Assembly: GCA_046331705.1 (NCBI GenBank)
Contig: JAXLQJ010000020.1
Span: 1-64,000, forward strand
Source of the DNA: a bacterium
Lineage (GTDB): Bacteria > JADJOY01
Length of the DNA: 64,000 nt
Direction of reading: 5' to 3'
The position numbers and the translations under genes are program-made. This document shows positions 50,254 to 58,342 of this stretch, in pieces; position 1 is the first letter of the stretch; every line of letters begins with the position of its first letter. The notes under the pieces are model-generated. The model saw only the letters and a program-made list of their open reading frames with translations, searched no databases and had not been told where the DNA came from.

Positions 50254-50974
50254 GCCGTCGCCGGGGACCGCGCGGATCGCCCTGGTCGGCGATTTTCGCG
50301 CGGACGTCCTCGCCCACCAGGCGATCCCCCTCGCCCTCGCTCGCGCTCGTGACGACGCGCGGACGAGCATCGACTGGACGTGGGTGGGCACGACCACGCT
50401 CACGCGCGACGCGGATGCGACGCTCGCCGACTTCCACGGTGTGTGGTGCGTACCGGCGAGCCCTTACGCGAGCACCGCGGGCGCGCTCGCGGCGATCGGT
50501 TTCGCGCGGAGGACGAATCGCCCGTTTCTCGGCACCTGCGGTGGCTTCCAGCACGCGCTCCTCGAGTACGCCCGCGACGTCTGGCGACTGCCGGAGGCAG
50601 CACACGCCGAGCTCGACCCCGACGCCGGCGATCCACTCGTGGCGCGGCTGAGCTGCGGGCTCGTCGAGGTCGTCGGCGAGATCCACGCCGTGCCCGGTTC
50701 ACGGCTCGCGGGACTCTACGGGGACGCCCTGCCCGTTCACGAGCGCTACCACTGCAACTACGGCCTGAGCCCCCGTCACGCGTGGCGGCTCACCGACGGG
50801 CCGCTACGGGTCGCGGCACGCGACGCGAGCGGCGAGGTCCGGGCCATCGAGCTCGACGGGCACCCGTTCTTCCTCGCGACGCTCTTCCAGCCGGAACGCG
50901 CGGCCCTCGCCGACCGTTCGCACCCGCTGGTGAACGCCTTCGTGCGCGCCGTGGCGAGCCGCGCAAGGCGCTGA
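50240..50974 (+). CDS. Stand-alone CTP synthase-type glutamine amidotransferase-like domain
   Basis: IALVGD, FLGTCGGFQHA, ERYHCNYG and HPFFLATLFQPE; no synthetase domain. Confidence 0.85.
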   Translation: MNPAEPSPGTARIALVGDFRADVLAHQAIPLALARARDDARTSIDWTWVGTTTLTRDADATLADFHGVWCVPASPYASTAGALAAIGFARRTNRPFLGTCGGFQHALLEYARDVWRLPEAAHAELDPDAGDPLVARLSCGLVEVVGEIHAVPGSRLAGLYGDALPVHERYHCNYGLSPRHAWRLTDGPLRVAARDASGEVRAIELDGHPFFLATLFQPERAALADRSHPLVNAFVRAVASRARR

Positions 50975-51051
50975 ACCGCGCACGCCTTCTGCACGAAATC
51001 TTCATGCAAGGCGGGCACATCGGTGTCCGTGGACGAGCCGCGGCAGTTTGC

Positions 51052-51099
51052 GATGACTCACCGCGTCATCTTGACAGCGACGCGCCCCGTCAAGAGAAT
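51052..51099 (+). promoter_or_regulatory. Sigma70-type promoter of mvaS overlapped by two inverted repeats
   Basis: TTGACA (51071-51076), 17-bp spacer, GAGAAT (51094-51099). Inverted repeats GATGAC-N7-GTCATC and TCTTGAC-N13-GTCAAGA. Confidence 0.6.
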
Positions 51100-51131
51100 C
51101 CGCCCCGCCGAAACCGGAAAGGACACCGCGC

Positions 51132-52526
51132 ATGGCCCACGATTCGAGCAAGCTCACCGGAGCGAGCCCGATCCCGTCGATCGGGATCAGCGGCCTCTCC
51201 GTCTACCTCCCCGAGCGCGCCGTGAAGCTCAAGCCGCTCGCCGAGGAGCGCAACGCGCGCCGCAGCGACGGCGACTCGCGCGACTTCGTGAAATCGCTTC
51301 GCTACACCGGCCAGGAGGAGATGCGAATCCCCGAAGTGTGGGAGGACACGGTGACGATGATCGCCGAGTCGGTGCGCGACGTCGTGCGCAGCACCGGCGT
51401 CAATCCCACCCACGTGAGCCAGTTCGTGTGCGGCACCGAGACCGCGATGGATCACGCCAAGCCGCTGTCGAGCTTCGCGCAGGGGCTGCTCGAGCAAGAC
51501 GGCATCCGCATCGGCCCCGACACCAGCATCTACGAGGTCAAGCACGCCTGCGCCGGCGGCACCTACGGGCTGCTCGGCGCGGTGAGCCAGATCGCGATCG
51601 ATTCGATTCGCGGGCTCGCCGCACCCGCGATCGTCACCATGGGCGACACCTCGCGCTACGACCTCGTCTCCACCGCCGAGTTCACGCAAGGCGCGGGCGC
51701 CGTCAGCATGCTCGTCGAGACCAACCCCAAGCTGATCCGGCTGGATCTGGGCGTGGTCGGCTACAACAGCCAGAGCGTCGACGATTTCTTCCGCAACATC
51801 GGCTCGAGCGTGGCCAAGGCGCGCGGCAAGTTCTCGGTGCAGTGCTACAAGGAGGCACTCGTCGGCGCCTATCAGAGCTTCAAGGACAAGGCGCTGCGCA
51901 GCGGCCTTCACCACGTCGCGCCCGGCAAGCATTTCCTCGACAGCTTCGACTACGTGCTGCTGCACGCGCCGTTTCGGCAGATGCCGGTGGAGGCGCTGAC
52001 GGACCTGCTCGCGAAGGCGCGCGGGATCTCCCAGGAAGCGGCCGAGGTCGAGCTCGCGCGTCTCAGGCTGCCCGAGTCGCTCGGCGGCACGGCGCTCGCC
52101 GGCAATCTCTACACCTGCTCGCTCTACCTCTGTCTCGCGAACCTGCTCGAGAGCGAGCTCAAGCGGATCGGTGACGAGCTCGAAGGCAAGCGCATCCTCT
52201 TCGCCTCCTATGGCAGCGGCAACACGATGGTGGTGTTCTCGGGAACGATCGTGCCGGGCGCCAGCGACGCGATCCGGAAGATCGGGCTCGCCGACAAGCT
52301 CAAGCACCGCACCTGGCTCGGCACGCGCGACTACGAGGACCGCGTGGCTTTCGACAAGTTCGACCGCGAGCGCTACGCGGCGCGGCTCACCAGCGAGTGG
52401 GCCTCGATCCCCGCGGATCGCTACTACCTCCGCGAGATCCGCGTCGACGGCTATCGGGAGTACGGGGTCAAGGGGAAAGAGACCGCGCCCAGCGCCATCC
52501 TCGGCGCCGGCGCCACGGCGGCCTGA
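51132..52526 (+). CDS. mvaS: Hydroxymethylglutaryl-CoA synthase
   Basis: GTET (Glu), KHACAGGT (Cys), EFTQGAGAV, DFFR, LHAPF (His), GNLYTCSL and SYGSG; AAGGA RBS. Confidence 0.88.
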   Translation: MAHDSSKLTGASPIPSIGISGLSVYLPERAVKLKPLAEERNARRSDGDSRDFVKSLRYTGQEEMRIPEVWEDTVTMIAESVRDVVRSTGVNPTHVSQFVCGTETAMDHAKPLSSFAQGLLEQDGIRIGPDTSIYEVKHACAGGTYGLLGAVSQIAIDSIRGLAAPAIVTMGDTSRYDLVSTAEFTQGAGAVSMLVETNPKLIRLDLGVVGYNSQSVDDFFRNIGSSVAKARGKFSVQCYKEALVGAYQSFKDKALRSGLHHVAPGKHFLDSFDYVLLHAPFRQMPVEALTDLLAKARGISQEAAEVELARLRLPESLGGTALAGNLYTCSLYLCLANLLESELKRIGDELEGKRILFASYGSGNTMVVFSGTIVPGASDAIRKIGLADKLKHRTWLGTRDYEDRVAFDKFDRERYAARLTSEWASIPADRYYLREIRVDGYREYGVKGKETAPSAILGAGATAA

Positions 52527-52592
52527 GCGCGTGCTCCGCCGCCCACGTGGAGGGGCTCGGAGGGGCTCGAAACGCCCCCCGTGAGAACGCCC

Positions 52593-54131
52593 CTACGCCG
52601 CGGCGGCGAGGGGCTCGCGGATCGGCGCGGTGAGCCCGGCGGCGAGCATCTTCACCGGCAGGTCCGGCGCCTTGGTCAGCGCGCGGCGACGGAACGGGCT
52701 CGCGAGCAGCGTGAGGATGTCGCGTTTGCGCATGAAGCGTCCGAAGTTCCGCAGCAAGCGCGCGGTGCGAATCGGGCGGCGCGTGAGCCGGTGCGCGAAC
52801 AAGAGGCCGTACCCCTTCATCCGCAGCCGGTTGAGCTCTTCGCTGGGCAGGATGGTCGGATCGATGTCCGAGCACTTGAACCACTTCTGCCAATCGCGCT
52901 TGTCGTCGATCACGCCTTTCTCGACGTATTCCTGCCAGAGCGGCGTGCCGCGATAGGCACACAGACGGTTGAAGCCGAAGGTGTCGAGCTCGAGGCGCGC
53001 CGCGAAGCGGAAGCTCTCGAGCACGTCTTCCGCGGTCTCGTTGGGGGCGCCGATCAGGAAGAAGCCGTGGGCGCTGGCGATGCCCGCTTCCTTCGCCTTG
53101 CGCACCGCCAGCTCGATCTGCTCGAGCTTCTGGCCCTTCTTGAGCCGATCCAGCACCTTCTGGGTGCCGGCCTCGACGCCGAATGCGAGCATCGAGCATT
53201 TGGCCTTGGCCATGATCGGAAACTCGTTGATCGCCATCGAGTCGACGCGGCCTTCACAGCCCCACCGGAGATCGAGCTTGCGATCGATCATCCCCTGACA
53301 GATCGCCTCGATGCGTTTGCGCTTGAGCAGGAAGTGATCGTCGGTCAGGTAGACCGAGCGATAGCCGCGATCGTTGAGCATCTGCATCTCGCCGAGCACG
53401 TGCTCCGGCGAGCGCGAGCGCCACTTGCCGTCGGCGAGCGCCGGTATGTCGCAGTAAATGCAGGGATACGGACAACCACGCGACGTCTGCATGGTGCAGA
53501 ACCGGTCCAGCGAAAGCACCGCGGGCACGTCGAGGGGCATCGACTCGATGTACTCGATCGGCAAGCTCTCGCGGTCGGGATACGGGTACTTGTCGAGATC
53601 GCGGAGGATCGGCCCGTCCTCGTTGGTGACGATCTCGTCGCCGCGCCGCCACGAGAGGCTCGGCACGTCGCCTGGGCGGTGCATGTTGGCCAGGTATGCG
53701 GGCAGCAGCTCCTCGCCCTCGCCCTCGCCGACGGCGTCGGCGTGGGGGCAGTCCTCGAGGATCTGCACCGGATTGATCGACGCGAACGGTCCGCCGAGGA
53801 TGATCGGGGTCTTGGGAGACGCGGCCTTCAGCGTGGCCGCCATCGCCTTGGTCGCCGGATAGGAAGTCGTCGAGAGGAAGGACAGCCCGACCAGATCGGG
53901 CTGCTGATCGCGCACCGCTTGGGCGATGTGTTCGGGCTTCATCTCGGGGTGGCAGGTGTCGAAGAGCCGCACCTGGTGCCCGCGCTCGCGCAGCACCGGC
54001 GCCAGCGTCTGGATTCCCAGCGGCGGGAACGCCATCACCGGGAGACGGTTCTCGAACTGTGGACGGCGCAACCGCTCCGGCAACAGTCGGTAGTAATTCT
54101 CGTCGCGGACGTAAACGAGGAAGACGTTCAC
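52593..54131 (-). CDS. Cobalamin-binding (class B) radical SAM enzyme
   Basis: PPLGI, ILGGPFAS, GEGEE, TSRGCPYPCIYC, DDHF, GVEAG, FFLIG.PNET and GTPLW motifs. Confidence 0.92.
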   Translation of the reverse strand: MNVFLVYVRDENYYRLLPERLRRPQFENRLPVMAFPPLGIQTLAPVLRERGHQVRLFDTCHPEMKPEHIAQAVRDQQPDLVGLSFLSTTSYPATKAMAATLKAASPKTPIILGGPFASINPVQILEDCPHADAVGEGEGEELLPAYLANMHRPGDVPSLSWRRGDEIVTNEDGPILRDLDKYPYPDRESLPIEYIESMPLDVPAVLSLDRFCTMQTSRGCPYPCIYCDIPALADGKWRSRSPEHVLGEMQMLNDRGYRSVYLTDDHFLLKRKRIEAICQGMIDRKLDLRWGCEGRVDSMAINEFPIMAKAKCSMLAFGVEAGTQKVLDRLKKGQKLEQIELAVRKAKEAGIASAHGFFLIGAPNETAEDVLESFRFAARLELDTFGFNRLCAYRGTPLWQEYVEKGVIDDKRDWQKWFKCSDIDPTILPSEELNRLRMKGYGLLFAHRLTRRPIRTARLLRNFGRFMRKRDILTLLASPFRRRALTKAPDLPVKMLAAGLTAPIREPLAAAA

Positions 54132-54316
54132 AGGCTTCTCGCAGACTCGGGCGAAAAGCCAGCGACCTCGCGTGGCGATCCAGCCCGGGAAGACCGGAAG
54201 GGTGGGATCGGAAGAGGCCTACAGAGTGCCCGCCGAGAGCGAATTCTGGAAGGGGGGCGCACGACTTTTTCGCCGCACCAGCAGCTCGTCACCGAAGCGT
54301 CACCCGATCGCCGGCG

Positions 54317-54925
54317 TCACATGTGCTCCTGGACCCAATCGTAGACCCGTCGGACCAGCGCCGACTTCCCGAGATTCTTGCGGATCCAACACTGGATGCG
54401 CGTGGGAAGGGTCGTCGGCACGACGCCTTTCACCAGATACGGGATGTGGCGAGGGCAGTTCGCGTGCGCATGCGTGATGCGAACTCGCACCACCCGCTCG
54501 GCTCCGCCGATCAGCTCGGCGGCGCGCGCGCCGTCGAGAATCTCGGCGACGCCACCCACGCGCAATCGCTTCGCGTGCTCGAAATCGACGAACAGCAGCG
54601 CCACCGACGGATTGACCACGATGTTGCCGAGGCTCATGAAGGCGCCGTTGCCGTCGTAGTCCGCGAAGGCGAGGGTCCGCTCGTCGAGCACGTGCACGAA
54701 GCCGCGGGGACCGGCGCGAAACGAGCAGTCGGTGCGGCCGCCCTCGTCGGCCGTGGCCCAGAAGAACCACTCCTGCGCGCGCACGAACTCGGCTTCCTTC
54801 GCCGTGAGCCGAGGCTGGACCGACTTGGCCACCCGCGCCCCCAGCTCGCGAGTTCCGTAGCGCTGCTGAAGCTCGATCGCGCCGGGATGCAGCTTGTCGG
54901 GGCGCACGATGGCCGTGTCGTTCAT
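54317..54925 (-). CDS. Pyridoxamine 5'-phosphate oxidase-like FMN-binding protein
   Basis: ATADEGGRTDCSFRAG..GFV, DYDGNG.F.SLGNI..NP, LLFVDF and NCPRHIP motifs. Confidence 0.88.
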   Translation of the reverse strand: MNDTAIVRPDKLHPGAIELQQRYGTRELGARVAKSVQPRLTAKEAEFVRAQEWFFWATADEGGRTDCSFRAGPRGFVHVLDERTLAFADYDGNGAFMSLGNIVVNPSVALLFVDFEHAKRLRVGGVAEILDGARAAELIGGAERVVRVRITHAHANCPRHIPYLVKGVVPTTLPTRIQCWIRKNLGKSALVRRVYDWVQEHM

Positions 54926-55020
54926 GGCTGGACTCCGCGGGAGCGGCGAATGGTACGATCCGCGCGCGCCGATTGTACCCGCCGAAAAGTGCCGCCCAGC
55001 TGACATTGGTCATCGCGCCG

Positions 55021-56631
55021 ATGCCGTCCCGACCCAACCTCGCCGTCGCTCGCGCCACGAGCGTGCTGGTGGTCGCGCTGGCATTGGGCTGCGGCAGCGA
55101 CCACGGCGACGCCGACGGCGCGATCCGACTGCCCAAGAGCTTCGTGCTCGGCGCCGCCACCGCGGCGCAGCAGGTCGAAGGCGGCCTCACCAACACCGAT
55201 TGGTACCAGTTCACCACGCTCCCGGAATTCGCGGGCAAGACCGCCGAGCCGGCGGGCGCCGCAGCATCGAGCTACGAGCTCTACGACACCGATCACCAGC
55301 TGGTCGAGGACATGGGCCTCGACGCCTACCGGTTTTCCATCGACTGGAGCCGGGTGATGCCGCGCAAGGGCGTCTTCGACGAGCGCGAGATCGCCCATTA
55401 CCGCGCCGTCCTCGACTCCGTGCGTGCCCACGGGCTCGCGCCGTACGTCACGCTCCACCACTTCACCAACCCCATCTGGGTCTACGACCTCACCGACCTC
55501 GGTTGCGACGGCGGCCCCACGGACACCAATCTCTGTGGCTGGTCCAATCCCGAGGTGGCCGCACAATTCGCGCTGTTCTGCGGGCGCATGGCCGCGGAGC
55601 TCGGCGGTCAGGTCGATTGGTGGGCGACCTTCAACGAGCCCAACGTCTACTTCCTGAGCGGCTACACGGGCGGCAGCTTCCCGCCCGGGCTCTTCGCGCC
55701 GCTGCCGAGCGACATCTCGGGCTCGTTCTCGAAGGTCCTCGATCGGTACCTGAGCGCCCACGCCCAGTGCTACGACGCGATTCGCGCCAACGATACGATC
55801 GACGCGGACCACGATGGCGCCGCCGCGCGCGTCGGGCTCACCATCGCGACCACGGCCTACGAGCCGGCGGATCCCGCCGATCCCAAGCACGTGGCCGCCG
55901 CCGAGGCCTCCGGCGCGCCCGACTACTCGTTCGTGAACGGCGTGGTGGCTGGCGGCCTCGATCGCGACCTCGACGGCGTGATCGACGAGGACCGCCCCGC
56001 CTACCGCGACAAGCTCGATTGGCTCGGCCTCCAGTACTACCGCGAGGCCAAGGTGCTGCCGCTGCTCGCGAAGTACCCGCTCAGCTCGGTGCCCTGCGAG
56101 GACGAGATCACGGCGTTCGTGGGCCCGCTGGGACCGCTCTTGCTCGACCTGCTCGGTTGCCCGCGAGCGCCCTACCCCGACTTCCCGATCCCCAACTACA
56201 CCGGCCCCGGCCCCTACCACTGGGGAGGGGTGCACGCACCGGAAGCGCTCCTCGACGTCACGCGGCTGTGGGCGGATCGCTTCCCCACGACACCGTTGCT
56301 CATCACCGAGAACGGCTACGGCGTACGCGAGGGCGACTTCGCGATCGGCGGCAACCTTCGCGCCCAGAGCTTGGTGCGCCACCTGGCCGTGGTGCGGCAG
56401 ATCCTCGATTCGGGCATCGATCTGCGCGGCTATTTCCACTGGTCGCTGATCGACAACTTCGAGTGGGCGCAGGGCTTCGGCATCCGCTTCGGCCTCTACA
56501 CCCTCGATCGGGAAACATTCGCGCGCACCCCCACCGAGGCCGCGGCGGTGCTGAGCGAGATCGCCCACACGCGCCGCATCTCCCGCGAGCTGCTCGACAC
56601 CTACGGCGGCACCGGTGCGCTGCGGCGTTGA
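55021..56631 (+). CDS. GH1 beta-glycosidase with a lipoprotein signal
   Basis: GAATAAQQVEG, YRFSIDWSR, TLHHFTNP, TFNEP, ITENG and WSLIDNFEW; lipobox LALGC. Confidence 0.92.
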   Translation: MPSRPNLAVARATSVLVVALALGCGSDHGDADGAIRLPKSFVLGAATAAQQVEGGLTNTDWYQFTTLPEFAGKTAEPAGAAASSYELYDTDHQLVEDMGLDAYRFSIDWSRVMPRKGVFDEREIAHYRAVLDSVRAHGLAPYVTLHHFTNPIWVYDLTDLGCDGGPTDTNLCGWSNPEVAAQFALFCGRMAAELGGQVDWWATFNEPNVYFLSGYTGGSFPPGLFAPLPSDISGSFSKVLDRYLSAHAQCYDAIRANDTIDADHDGAAARVGLTIATTAYEPADPADPKHVAAAEASGAPDYSFVNGVVAGGLDRDLDGVIDEDRPAYRDKLDWLGLQYYREAKVLPLLAKYPLSSVPCEDEITAFVGPLGPLLLDLLGCPRAPYPDFPIPNYTGPGPYHWGGVHAPEALLDVTRLWADRFPTTPLLITENGYGVREGDFAIGGNLRAQSLVRHLAVVRQILDSGIDLRGYFHWSLIDNFEWAQGFGIRFGLYTLDRETFARTPTEAAAVLSEIAHTRRISRELLDTYGGTGALRR

Positions 56632-56634
56632 TCC

Positions 56635-57369
56635 ATGACCGAGCCGAGACCGCCGATGACGTCCGCCACGGCGGTGCTCGACGCCTTCGTCGAGGGGGCC
56701 AAGGCGGCGTTCGGCGCCGATCTCACGAGCGTGGTGCTCTTCGGCAGCGGCGCCGAGGATCGATTGCGTCCGACGTCGGACCTGAACGTGATCGTGGTGC
56801 TCGCCGAGTTCGATCCCGCCAAGGCCGACGCGCTGCGCGAGCAGACGCGCTTCGCCGGCGCGGCGGCGCGCCTGATGCCGATGTTCGTTCTCGCCAGCGA
56901 GCTCCCCACCGCCGCCGAGGCGTTCGCGGTGAAGTTCGCCGACATCTCGCGGCGGCATCGCGTGCTCCACGGCAGCGACCCGTTCGCGACTCTCGAGATC
57001 TCGCGGGAAGCGGGCATACGCCGACTGCGACAGGTGCTGCTGAATCTCGTGCTACGAATGCGCCAGCGCTACGTGCTCGCGAGCTTGCGCGACGAGCAGA
57101 TGGTGCGGGCGCTCGCGGACGCGGCGGGCCCGTTGCGCGCGGCCGCGGCGGCGCTGCTCGAGCTCGAGGACGGCCGCTCGCTTCCGCCCCGCGAGGCGCT
57201 GCAACATCTCGTCCGCGCCCTCGGTCGCGAGGACGCGGAAACGGTGTTGAGCCGCGTGTCCGCGGCACGCGAGTTCGGCGCTCTTCCCGCGGGCGAGGCG
57301 TTGACCACGTATCTCGCGCTGATCGAGATCGCGGCGGCGCTCGAACGCCGCGCGCAAGCGTTGCCGTGA
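56635..57369 (+). CDS. Pol-beta superfamily nucleotidyltransferase domain protein
   Basis: SVVLFGSGA.....TSDLNVIVV, followed by a helical C-terminal domain. Confidence 0.75.
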   Translation: MTEPRPPMTSATAVLDAFVEGAKAAFGADLTSVVLFGSGAEDRLRPTSDLNVIVVLAEFDPAKADALREQTRFAGAAARLMPMFVLASELPTAAEAFAVKFADISRRHRVLHGSDPFATLEISREAGIRRLRQVLLNLVLRMRQRYVLASLRDEQMVRALADAAGPLRAAAAALLELEDGRSLPPREALQHLVRALGREDAETVLSRVSAAREFGALPAGEALTTYLALIEIAAALERRAQALP

Positions 57370-57415
57370 GCCGACGAGGCCACGCTTCGCACGGACGCCG
57401 ATCGCGAGCCACGCG

Positions 57416-58342
57416 ATGAATCCCCTCGACCTTCGCGGCCCCGAGTTCCTGCTCTTCTACCTCGCCTTCGCGGCCGTGGTCGTGACCGCGCTGGCGTTGC
57501 TGCGGAGGCAGCTCGAGAGCGGCGATCCACCCAAGCTCCCAGTCGTCGACCCCTATCTCATCGCCTACGTGCGCGGCGGCGCCAACGAGGCGCTGCGCGT
57601 GGCGACGATCTCGCTCATCGACCGCGGTCTTCTCGAGGTTCACGGGGATCGGTTGGTTCGCGTGGCCACCCTCGAGCGGATCGAGGTCCGTCGACCGATC
57701 GAGCGCGCGCTGCTCGATTTCTTCGCTCCGCCGTCGAGCGGGCTGGTCCTCACCGGCGCCAAGAGGGCGTCCGAGATGTACCGGGACTCGAAGCTCGACG
57801 CGGCTTGCGAGAGCTATCGACACGAGGCCGAGCGCCTCAGGCTCTTACCCGACGAGAGCTGGCAGGCGCGACGAATCGTGCTCGGGATGGCGGCGATCGG
57901 GCTCCTCGCTGGGCTCGGATTCACGAAGATCTGGGTGGCGCTCGAGCGCGGCCACCGAAACATCGGTTTCCTGCTCGTCGAGATCGCGCTGGCGGTGTTC
58001 TGCGCGGTGTGGGTCCTCGGGCGGCGTCAGACCACCATCGGCGCACGGTTCGTGGCCGACATCCGCGAGATGCTCGATTCGCTCAGGCGCCGCGCATCGG
58101 TCATCCGCGCCGGTGGGAGAACGCAGGAATTGGCGCTGCTCGCGGGCGTGTTCGGGGTCGCCGCCTTACCCGAGGCGGTGGCCCCCTATCGCAAGAAGCT
58201 CTTTCCCCGGATCGAGCAGCAAGTCACCTCGAGCTGCGGTTCGTCGTGCGGCAGCGCGTGCGGGACCGGCTGCGGTGGCGGAGGAGGCGGCTGTGGCGGC
58301 GGGGGATGTGGGGGCGGCGGCTGCGGGGGCTGCGGTGCTTGA
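57416..58342 (+). CDS. TIGR04222-domain membrane protein with a Cys/Gly/Ser-rich C-terminal tail
   Basis: MNPLDLRGPEFLLFY, DPYLIAYVRGG, LIDRGLL and GHRNIGFL; tail SSCGSSCGSACGTGCGGGGGGCGGGGCGGGGCGGCGA. Confidence 0.88.
   Translation: MNPLDLRGPEFLLFYLAFAAVVVTALALLRRQLESGDPPKLPVVDPYLIAYVRGGANEALRVATISLIDRGLLEVHGDRLVRVATLERIEVRRPIERALLDFFAPPSSGLVLTGAKRASEMYRDSKLDAACESYRHEAERLRLLPDESWQARRIVLGMAAIGLLAGLGFTKIWVALERGHRNIGFLLVEIALAVFCAVWVLGRRQTTIGARFVADIREMLDSLRRRASVIRAGGRTQELALLAGVFGVAALPEAVAPYRKKLFPRIEQQVTSSCGSSCGSACGTGCGGGGGGCGGGGCGGGGCGGCGA

Noticed and set aside
52545-52592. GGAGGGGCTCG tandem duplicate, and loosely similar GGG(C/T)TCGA motifs near 2290, 6925 and 30912, as a REP-like family
   Set aside because: The matches are too short and degenerate for this GC level, with no consistent palindrome.
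54132-54316. Possible cobalamin riboswitch upstream of the B12 radical SAM gene
   Set aside because: I could not find the B12-box or GCCACTG/GGGAAG consensus in the correct orientation. An Rfam scan would settle it.
56635-57369. MNT-HEPN toxin-antitoxin or CBASS-type defence system
   Set aside because: No HEPN RxxxxH partner or effector gene is adjacent, and the catalytic motif is DxN.
58223-58339. GGCGGC/TGCGG repeats as a DNA tandem repeat or CRISPR-like array
   Set aside because: They are explained by Gly/Cys codons of the protein tail, with synonymous variation and no spacers.
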